Source of the DNA: Lobosporangium transversale | Taxonomy: Eukaryota | Assembly (NCBI RefSeq): GCF_002105155.1 | Contig: NW_019028996.1 | Location: 62,001 to 126,000 of the forward strand | Direction of reading: 5' to 3' | Length of the DNA: 64,000 nucleotides | Shown: piece after piece, positions 54,323-64,000 of the stretch | Layout of the letters: each line of letters starts with the position of its first letter | Position numbering within the stretch: position 1 is the stretch's first letter | Program-made: the position numbers and the translations under genes | The notes under the pieces: generated by a model | Database searches by the model: none | The model's input: the letters and a program-made list of their open reading frames with translations, nothing else | What the model was told of the DNA's origin: nothing

Positions 54323-55107
54323 AGTAGACTAATTCTTTTTATTGCGTTGGAAGAAAGTCGATTCGTGATGGGATCAATTTCATTTAGTCGATTCAGTCCA
54401 CAGCTGGTATGCAGAGCAGAACAAAGGCACCGACAAAAGCATGCAAGCGCCAAGGCAATGAGAAGCTCAATAGGAAAATAGAGGAAAGACCAACAGATGA
54501 ATAAATGGACCGAAGGGAAGAAGGAAAGGGGAAGCAAAAGGAAAAAGGACTGTCAAAAGGCCAAGGTAGTACAAGATAGACACACACACTTGCACATCCT
54601 TCCAATCAACAGTTGAACCATTTCCCTAATCTAAACTGCAACGCGTGTCCTAGACACAACGCGTGAAGAGAAAACCCTACAAAGACAGAAGACATACAAC
54701 ATGCCTACAGTATGCAAAACAAGTTGTTTTAAATATAAGTGGTGATTCGAACATTTGAACCTATATATTCTTTAAACTAAAACGATGAATGAATTGATTT
54801 AGTGGCTGATTTTTACAAATATGTAAAAAAAACTGTATCGGAACGTTCTCTATAGTTTTATTGTCATAATGGTACATGCAAGCGACTCTATGTTGATGAA
54901 TATAATTAGGGTATGCTATGGATAGTTAGGGAGTGCATCTGGTACAAAACTACAAGACAACATAAGTACACTCACGGAAAAAGAAGGATTTAAAAAGGGC
55001 AAAGAGAATAATAAATAGCTAAAGAACAAACTCTATGAATAACAAGGTGTAACCCAGAAACGAAGAAAAGAAAAAAGTAAAAAAAAAGGAATCAATTTTG
55101 TTTGGTC

Positions 55108-56580
55108 CTACTGAGGAACCTCGAGTTCTTTGGACTGACGTAAGGCTTCTACCCATGCAAGCGTCTGGAGATGCTTCCTTTTCTGAACCTCTGATTCGTC
55201 TATAGCCTGGGCCTCATGTGCTCGCTGCAACAGGCAATATGCCTGGAAGATTCGATACTTATGAATATGATCCTGAATCATATGTTGCTGTAATGCCATG
55301 CTATGTCGGAGCTGTCGCCTATAAACCAGATCTGCAGATGTACGTGGTATGACTGAAGTCGTCGAGCTTGTCCAAAAAGCTGCTTGCATCTGCTTCTCGA
55401 TTTGAACCCCAGCAGCGTATCCTGAAGCTAGTTGCACTGACGATGGACAGACTGGGCTAGTCGATTCAAATGATGTAGAGGAAGTTGGAGATATAGGGGA
55501 GGGTGGGAGTGGGATCGTCCGCTGCTGGCCGGTATTGACTTCTTCCGTCTTTTCGGCCATCATTACCACACAGGGCTGGTAGCCTTGCGACTTGGCTTGG
55601 GCTTCGGCTACACGAGCTGTGGCAGCCTGCCGCAGACGCGCATGGCACTTGAGCCTCTGACGACGTAGCTTCCTGATCTGATCTGGGCTTGGGAGTACAA
55701 TCCTAGCCAAATCTTCCGCCTGGTGCTGAATGGACGAGTTTGTTGATAGACGTTGTGCAACACCCCCAAAAAGCTCTTGCAAATCCAATCGAGGCCGACT
55801 AGCTGATCTGATAGGGAAATGCATCATTTTAGGATCAATCTCGAGTTTTGCCATTCCCTCCTCACTCGTGGAAAAAAGGCATGATGACTCAGCCACCGCA
55901 TCACCACAGGGAGAAAGTGGTTGTTCTTGGAGGCGATTTAGTCTTTGAAGGTACAGGATTTTCTGAATTTGATGCGCATGGTGCAACTGTTGCACTTGTA
56001 GCATCTTCTGCGCAAGTTGGAATCGTTTAATGACATGGAGAGACTGAGACTGGTTCTGCTCCTGCTGATGCCGTTGTTGCTGCAGGTGCAACAATTCAAT
56101 ATCACGGGCACGCTGGGAATGCATGACCTGCAGCTGTCTGTAATACTCAAGCTGAGTGGTCAGCTGTTGTTGATGGCGACGAGCAGCCTCGGGATTTGGG
56201 ATATGAAGTGGGTGATCTTTTTGTACAAGTCGATGGAGCATTTGCTGTTGATATTCATAGAGTTGAACAACACTTGAGCGTAGACGCTGCTCTTCTGGAG
56301 GAATAATAGAGGTGCTCATATGCTGCTGCTGTGGATGACGATGATGATGGTACTGTTGCTGTTCCTGCTGTTGGCACTGCTGTGTGTTGACCGGTGATGA
56401 GGTTGCAATATGGGCATTAGGGTGATGCAAGTTTGGTGATTCGTTAATGGAAGACAGAACAGGTGAGACTTGTGGGGAGATCGAGTTAGAGAGTGCAGAA
56501 GGCGAGGAGGGGGAGGAGAACAAAGGATAGTCCTGCATTAGGATGGTCAAAAAAGGTGACGGCAAAGGCGAGCTGGTCAT
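55108..56580 (-). CDS. Glutamine-rich hypothetical protein, single exon, 490 aa
   Basis: Long ATG-initiated ORF with Q/H-rich helical-looking segments and S/P-rich linkers. No family recognised. Confidence 0.7.
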   Translation of the reverse strand: MTSSPLPSPFLTILMQDYPLFSSPSSPSALSNSISPQVSPVLSSINESPNLHHPNAHIATSSPVNTQQCQQQEQQQYHHHRHPQQQHMSTSIIPPEEQRLRSSVVQLYEYQQQMLHRLVQKDHPLHIPNPEAARRHQQQLTTQLEYYRQLQVMHSQRARDIELLHLQQQRHQQEQNQSQSLHVIKRFQLAQKMLQVQQLHHAHQIQKILYLQRLNRLQEQPLSPCGDAVAESSCLFSTSEEGMAKLEIDPKMMHFPIRSASRPRLDLQELFGGVAQRLSTNSSIQHQAEDLARIVLPSPDQIRKLRRQRLKCHARLRQAATARVAEAQAKSQGYQPCVVMMAEKTEEVNTGQQRTIPLPPSPISPTSSTSFESTSPVCPSSVQLASGYAAGVQIEKQMQAAFWTSSTTSVIPRTSADLVYRRQLRHSMALQQHMIQDHIHKYRIFQAYCLLQRAHEAQAIDESEVQKRKHLQTLAWVEALRQSKELEVPQ

Positions 56581-59500
56581 CGACTTGAAATGAGATTTGA
56601 TAAGGAGGTATCAGACTAGGGCAAGTTAAAAGAAAGGGCGAGCATATAAGTAAATGCGCGGCAGTCATTTCTTTTATGGAAACAAAGAGAAGTTGAAGAA
56701 AATGTCTTTGAAGATTGGTCATGGGCTGAGATAGAATACAGAGATGGCTGTGCGCTCGAGACCTTTTTTTATTATTTTTATTATTTTTATTATTTTTATT
56801 AGGTCTTGGCAGTGCATCCACAGTTGCCTCTTCCAAATTGTTGCAGTAACCGAATGGGTCACATTATGTTTTAATCTAGAGTTATGGCACCTTATACAGC
56901 TTGCTTGATTACGCAACCACTGTGCAAGGGAAAGGCCAAGTGATGGCGCAAGTGACAGTTCAGAGCCCAAGATACAGGGTTACAATCATCCTGGCTTGAA
57001 CACTTTGGGAATAGTCAGAGAAAAGTGGAGATACCTTTTAGATGTGTACACCAGATCAGGCGAGATGATGGGGTGGGCAGATTTTTCAGAGAGACAAAAT
57101 AAGAATCGAGCAAAAAAGAGGGCACGGGAAAGAGAAGAAAAGAAGAGGGGAAGGAGAGATATTGCCAAGAGAAGCGAGTATTTGTACTCTTTTCTTAATT
57201 CCTGTTATGTCATAGAATTAAACATGCAAGTGCTCTTTGGCGAAAAACAAATTAAACATATTAAATAAAGAATGCATGTGTGCCAGAAGACCAAAACGGA
57301 GCAATGTATCACTAAAAGAGGATCGGAGTGTATCCGAACGATCGAAGGATAGGTTGGCTGTAGAACCAAAGAGATGAGACGACCTTTTTTTCCTTCACCA
57401 ATGAGGAAAGAACAAAAAACAGACCCTTGCATTGGTGGATAAGGATCAAGACCAAAAAAAAAAAAAAAAAGATGTGGAGTTTACAGGCACATGGCCACTG
57501 GAATATATACTTTTTGTTTTCTTGTTTTCTTTGGACTGAGCTTTGGAATGAATGATACTCTCCTTTTATTCTCAGTGTTCTGGAAACTATATTAACTATG
57601 AGATATATCGGGAGCCCCATCGTAAACCTTGTGGGACAATGACTTCACAGATGGCCCGTCCGTCTGTTCTGCGCGCTTTGTACATTCGCAAAGTAAAAAA
57701 AAAGTTCGCTCACAAAGTATCAAAATACTAACGAAGAAATAGCGTGCGAAATGAAAAAATAAGAAAAAGTTCCGCCTTACCATTAGGCGCCTAAGTAAAG
57801 TCAGTAAAACAATTCTAGACATCACTTGTGTAGTTACTGCAAAAGGTTGAATCGCGCCCAAGGGCAATTCCTGTTTACATAATAAAAATTGAAAACAAAG
57901 GATTCCAATAAGTATTCAAGCGGGAAGCAAAGTCGATTTTCCTTAAAATGGAGTTTTGTAGTGCTGGACGCCAATGGAGGAGGTTGATCAATGCGAACAT
58001 TTTGTTATTTTTACAGATCACTCCTTTTTCTAGGAAACTTGAAATTGGTCAAAAGACGAGTCAAGGAGCAGAAGACATCTGAATCTTCGGGAAAATTCTA
58101 TTCCACTACTCATTTGGACTCAGAGCGGTATTAAAACATGGAATAGTCATCTAGCAGTACTTTCTATTTGCCTCTCCTAAAGGATTTGGCTTCTAGACTT
58201 TAGGACAAACAAGACGTTAATCCCAAGTAACTTTGCAGCACTAGGAGAACGACAGAGTGATGGAGCCTTGTATGCCTTTGCATCCATCATCTTGTGGTTG
58301 CCCGAATATTTTTGGAGAAAGGTCGCAATTCCCCATCTATTGCGAACAGAACAAACACAATCCGCAAGCTTGGTTCCCTTCGGACTAATGCTTGGCCGAT
58401 ATATGAGGAATAAAGACTGGATCTGGGTTATTCATCTACCAAGATCACAAGGCAGCCAAGGCCTGCTACACGTTGATATCAAATGTCAATAAAAATAAAT
58501 GAAACTTCCCTATTATCTTAAAACAGAAGTAACTCTTGAATGTGGTTGTAGAGATAGCGACCCTAACTATACATTGAAGCTGCAGCTCTCATATACTATA
58601 ATAGTGAGATAGCCCTTTGTCGGCTGGGCACGATAAGCACCTGCAAGGAACATCCCTATAACAGAGTGGACGGCCTAGTCGGACTCTGAGGTTTTGCTTT
58701 TTAATCTTTTCAATCCATCTTTTCTTTACCTTGGTGCTCGAGTAAATCGACTTTGATGTGCTGTGAAGACAAAAGGAAGACCACATGGGTTCCTCATACT
58801 TTTCTATTTTCAAAATGTATTGAGGAGTAGATTTCTATTCCTGTATTAATGGCTGCTACAGAAAATCCAGATCTCACTGGATGGTTGTCAGTTTTTCATT
58901 TATTTGACCCACCACGGTTGGATCAATTATTGAGTTTGGCGACGCGCTTCAAATTTGATCTAGCAGCAAGGCGCAGATGTCTTGAAAAATTTGGAGGATC
59001 ATGTACGACTTGAGAATCGCATCCCTGGTGTAGCTTGTGCGCTCTGTTCCACTAAAGCCCTCGCCTTCGCCTGTGCTTTGTCCCCTCCCCTCCGGATGAA
59101 TCCCTTAGGCTGTTGTGTTTCCCATGATTGTCCCTTCCCACATTATTCATCGAAGACAAGCGCTTACTATGTAGCCCATGAATCTTTTTTGCTTCTCAAA
59201 ACAGCCACCAACATTAACAGTACAAGAGAAATTGCCAAAGCTTTTCATCAGCATTAGGGCTTTTGAAGTAAAGAGCCAACTATTGATTCAGATGCTTGAA
59301 TTATAGCCTTTTGTTTTCGTCCTTGCAAGACATCGTGTGACATGAATGCCTTTTTGACATTTTTGAGGGTCAATGTTTCCATGTGCTGTGGCGATGCGGC
59401 CTGTGAGATAGTCGCCAGCAATGAAGGATAAGGAATTATGATTGTTTAGGCTTGAATTGTGTGGAAATAATGATATTAGTAAAATGAGACGAGGAATTAA

Positions 59501-59812
59501 GGAATCAGTCTCTCTTGCTTTTCCTTTCTAGGATTGCATTTGTGTGCGTTTGCATGTTGCATCGCGCGTTTCTTCTCTTCCTCCTTCATCTTACAACGCC
59601 TCCTTTTCCTGATCTTCGACTATTCTTCTCCCTCATTCGCCACTGATGCAAGCATTTTCGCTTTCGCAGCAGGTACTGCTCATACGTCTCCAATCTGCTT
59701 ACATCCTCCAGACTCAACATATCTCACAGAGAAAAGAAAGCTACCTCTTTCACGTCATTGACAACCTTCTCCCTCCTCTTTTTTTATGAAAAATGAATAC
59801 CATCGCTAGATC

Positions 59813-62800
59813 ATGGCCGTAGTCGCCGAATCGGCAACTTATCTCAGCTCACTACCTTTGCCAATGGGCGCTGCCTCACGATCCTCACATGTACGCAACA
59901 AGGCATCTGCTACTGTCAAAGCTGCAACTGGATCTCCACGAAGCACTTCAAACATGATTTCAGCAACGTCAGCCAGAGCATCAGGACATGGCCACATCCA
60001 TATTCCTGAATGCCTCAAACTTGCAGCTAAGAGCAGCGCATTGTCTTTGTCAACTCTTCGCCAGTCCGTGACGGCGCTGGAAAAGAGTTCCCAGACTGTG
60101 ACCACGGCGCATGTTGAATCACTTTTGTTGCAAGTCAAAGGTGAGTACTTAAATACGGAAGCAGGAATACATAGGTTACGCTCGTTCAATTGTTTAATGT
60201 CTATACGTCGGACCTAGCTCTTCAACGGGAGTGCTTCGTTATATTTATATCGAGCCAGATGAGCAATGGTGTAAAAACAAGTCAGAGAGACTCGGGATCG
60301 CTCGGCTTCTGGAAAATGACGAAGGCTTACACAAATGTTATACCCTCCTTTTCCCTCTACTATTTGTTGGCATTATAACATGCTACTTATATAGGTCAAT
60401 TAAAGCAGCTTGGAGAGCGTCATCCTACTGCTGCTTCCAGTAGTGCCACTTCCTCAACACGTAGCTCTACGCGTGGTTGGCTTCGAGGTAAAGAAGTTAT
60501 TAACAGTAGCCGCCAAATCGCAAAAAAAGCTTTTATCGAGATTAGTTCCTGTTTTCTGTTTCAATGTAGCAGCAAGTGCCACTTCTAGCATTAATATTTT
60601 TATCTTAAACTTTTCTCGGATCTTAGGTGGGTGTAATGGAGTAGAGTCATGGACCAATAACCAGTCGTTGTTGATATCTTCTCCAAATAGTCGAGCTGCC
60701 ATGTCGGGTCAAGGATGCCGCAGCTATTCATCTTTCCGATTCATTAATCACCGCAAGCTTCAGAAACTGGAGGCGGAGGCAATGGCTAACCCTAACAATC
60801 CAGCTGCTCAAGTAGAGTTTTACAAGGCAAGCGCTCTTCTAATGACTGCCGATAACCGTTGCTACGGTTGGGACGATCCTTGGTTACCGGCGTGAGACAT
60901 CCTTTGAAACTTGTACCCAATTCTAATTACTCTCTTTCATTTTTATTTTTTACTATCATTTATTAATTTGTTTATAGGAGCTCTTACGAATAGATGACTA
61001 CGGCGCTATTATATCGCGTTTCGAATCCGGCAAATTTGCCACCTCAGAGGCATCGTTGCAATACTATGCAATCGCATTAGCACGAACGAATCAAGCTGAA
61101 CAAATCGTGCCTAAGCTTCTCCAGCGACTTCAACGCCAGCCTCTTGCCACAGAATCTGAGGCAGTGATCAATAGTATAGGGCAGGGATTACGTCGACCGA
61201 ACAATATTGCAACTTTGGAGAATGGTGGAGGAGTTGCCATGGGAGACGCATTGGCCGCTGCAGGCAACAAAGGCAACCCTATTTATGTGGTGATGGATGA
61301 TAGTAAAAGTACGTTAGGATGACGAAAACCTCTTTCGCATTTCGGCTTTCGCCTGCTGAGACATGAAAATAACTATTATAATTTACACTTTCTTAAACCT
61401 TCCCTGTTTTTACTTTTCTGAGAATAGCTACAAAAGGATATATGTTATGGCGAGGACTAAGGTGGCTAGGTATCACTGTTACCTATGCGTTTTGCATCTT
61501 GACATTCCTATCTCTGGTCTTTGAGAACTCTGGGTTATTAAAGCCGGCGCCTAGTCAAACAGAGTTCGAACCCTCATCTGAAAACAACGTTAAATTCTCG
61601 GATGTTCAGGGCGTAGATGAGTCTAAGCAAGAGTTAGAAGAGGTGGTGGAATTCTTAAAGGATCCTAACAAGTATAATCAGCTTGGTGGTAAGCTACCCA
61701 AGGGTGTACTCTTGACTGGACCTCCAGGCACCGGTAAAACCATGTTGGCTCGAGCTGTCGCAGGAGAGGCAGGTGTTCCATTCTTCTTTATGAGTGGAAG
61801 TGAGTTTGATGAGATGTATGTTGGTGTCGGGGCTCGGAGAGTTCGCGAACTGTTCGCAGCAGCAAGAAGCAGAGCACCCAGTATCGTATTCATTGACGAG
61901 CTAGATGCAATCGGAGCAAGACGTAACCCAAAGGACCAAACATATATGAAACAGACTCTGAATCAACTGTTGGTCGAACTGGATGGATTTTCGCAGACGG
62001 AAGGCGTTATCATCATCGCAGCAACTAATTTCCCTGAACTGCTAGATAAAGCATTAGTCAGACCTGGTCGCTTTGATCGGCACGTGAATGTTCCCTTGCC
62101 AGACGTCCGTGGAAGAATGCAAATTTTGAAACATCATCTCAAGAATATTAATACTAGCCCCTCTGTGGACATTTCGGTAATTGCACGAGGCACCCCGGGA
62201 TTTTCTGGAGCTGATTTAGCAAATCTGATCAACCAAGCTGCAATCCAAGCATCGCGTGAAGGCGTTAGTGAAGTGGGCATCAAACAATTTGAGCATGCCA
62301 AGGATAAGATTTTGATGGGTGTAGAGCGACGCAGCCAAGTTGTGACGATGGAATCAAAAAAGTTAACAGCATATCATGAAGGTGGCCACGCTCTGGTAGC
62401 ACTTTATACGCCAGGCGCTATGCCACTTCACAAGGCGACAATCATGCCCCGTGGAAATGCTTTGGGTGTTACTGTGCAGTTGCCAGATATGGACAAAGAT
62501 AGCTTCACAAGGAAAGAGTACCTGGCACAGTTGGATGTTGCGATGGGGGGTCGTGTAGCAGAGGAGATGATTTTTGGAGCAGAGAATGTGACAAGTGGAT
62601 GCTCAAGTGATATTGTCCACGCGACAAGGGTGGCCAAGGCAATGGTAACGCAGTACGGTATGAGTGATAAAGTCGGACCAGTAGCTCATACAGAAGAGGA
62701 CATGGCAGTATTATCGACGCCAACGAAACAATTGATTGAATCGGAAACAAAAGGTCTGATCGAAGCTGCAAATATCAGGGTACAGCTACTGCTTAAGACA

Positions 62801-62905
62801 CATAAAGAGGAGCTGCATCGTTTGGCTAAGGCCCTTGTAGAATATGAGACCTTAACACAAGAAGAGATTCGCCGAGCAATCGAAGGCAAACCAATTGTGC
62901 GCTAG
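59813..62905 (+). CDS. YME1: Mitochondrial i-AAA metalloprotease, 5 exons: 59813-60140, 60395-60487, 60627-60826, 60978-61308, 61428-62905
   Basis: Walker A GPPGTGKT, Walker [30 protein letters not shown], Zn motif HEGGH, single TM segment, [16 protein letters not shown]-domain, and a Ser/Ala/Arg-rich presequence-like N-terminus. Confidence 0.95.
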
Positions 62906-63200
62906 AAAGAAGAATTTCTATTTCCTTTTACTTTATTTGCTGTTTCTCCTATTAATGTATTTCAGTATCCTGTCTTTACTGATCGTCTGCGCTGAAACAA
63001 ATGTAAAATACAGACCATTTTTTGTCTTCCATAACTTTTCAGGCACTGCCTGATAATATTTTCTAATCAATAAACAGATGTAATGATATCATGTTGCTGC
63101 TGAATTCCTTATGCCGGCTGTGGACCTATAAATGAAATACACTTTAATGCTTTATTGATGGGAAGAAATAGTAGGTTTCTTTTTTTTTTTTTTTTTTTTT

Positions 63201-63918
63201 TTAATCAGTTCCAATGTCCGAGATAGGAACTATCTTATAATTATCTGAAGTCCGCTGACGTCCTTGTTTATGGCTTCCTAGAATGACACTAGAGCGTGCG
63301 AACCCTGACCGTACTACGCTGGCATTGCCACTGGACCGAGCCTTCTGTGGCTGTATGGACCATGAAGTAGATAAGGAAGACGATTGTTGCTGCTGCTGTT
63401 GATCCGGGGAATGGCTGTCAAAGGTCTCCATGAGTAAAGAATCCGACTCACCATAGCTGTATCCATCATGGATCCCAGTTAATGCTTTGCCTTGTAATGA
63501 AAGATGATGACTACCTTTGATAGTGCTCTGATTACTGATACTTTCATTATTATTAATACTGCTAGAACCTGTATTGTTATCATTATTATTCCTATTATTT
63601 CCTGACCCTGATCCTGAAGTTGAAGCTAATCCTGCTCCTGATGCAGATCTAGACTGTAATTCATGATCGCTATTACCACCATTATTGCTACTACTGCCTC
63701 CACCCAGCAAGATTGGCTCCATCTCCTGTTGCATGCAAACGTATTCTCCCCCAAAGATCATGATTCCAGCTGTGGTTCCGTTCAAGGCCCACCACAGGAA
63801 ACCAGTAGGAATGTGATCTGAATAAAGACTCGTCATGATGACATGATAGAGAAGAAGCGTGAGTGAAAAGTCAAGCACCAGGCGTGCGCGCGCAACAATC
63901 TTGAGCAGAAGATAGACT
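63201..63918 (-). CDS. SYS1: Golgi integral membrane protein Sys1, last exon only (gene continues beyond the window)
   Basis: IVARARLVLDFSLTLLLYHVIMTSLYSDHIPTGFLWWAL..GGEYVCMQQEMEPI fits the Sys1 C-terminal pattern. CAG acceptor at 63921-63919. Confidence 0.85.
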
Positions 63919-63955
63919 CTGTCATGCAAAGGGAAAGGGAAAACATATTTAACCA

Positions 63956-63988
<33 letters not shown>

Positions 63989-64000
63989 AAATCATGACAA

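Noticed and set aside
54740..54760. TTCGAAT tRNA T-loop-like word on the minus strand
   Set aside because: The flanks do not form a T-stem and there is no cloverleaf.
57205..59761. Short ORFs between the Q-rich gene and YME1
   Set aside because: No motifs and no consistent exon chain; treated as intergenic.
60888..60920. TPP-riboswitch-like words (TGAGAcatCCTTTGAAaCTTG) in the YME1 GC-AG intron
   Set aside because: The 3' half of the aptamer (P5 loop TAAT, GCG, GGGA) is missing, and the host gene is unrelated to thiamine.

Overview
Gene-dense, intron-rich eukaryotic DNA with very long poly-A/poly-T tracts in introns and spacers. Gene content and style suggest an early-diverging fungus, probably Mortierellaceae (inference, not checked). 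About 18 protein-coding genes can be reconstructed by hand from splice sites: a PP1-docking (Bni4/Phactr-like) small protein, a GNAT acetyltransferase, DNA ligase IV, a stand-alone triple-PAH protein, an Elongin-B-like ubiquitin-fold protein absent from the supplied ORF track, an UNC-93-like MFS transporter, an FHA/SLMAP-type tail-anchored protein, a peroxisomal acyl-CoA oxidase, a DENN+C1 protein, EAF3, TRM8, a VHS-GAT adaptor, an amino-acid permease, a three-IQ coiled-coil protein, YME1, the 3' end of SYS1 and two hypothetical proteins. I found no tRNA, rRNA, CRISPR array or intact mobile element, and no evidence of a multi-gene novel system. The most interesting points are the hidden Elongin-B-like gene with an ATG-only first coding exon, the PAH-only Sin3-like protein whose repeats share intron positions, the PP1-docking motif, two GC-AG introns and recurrent T-tract/A-tract palindromes.
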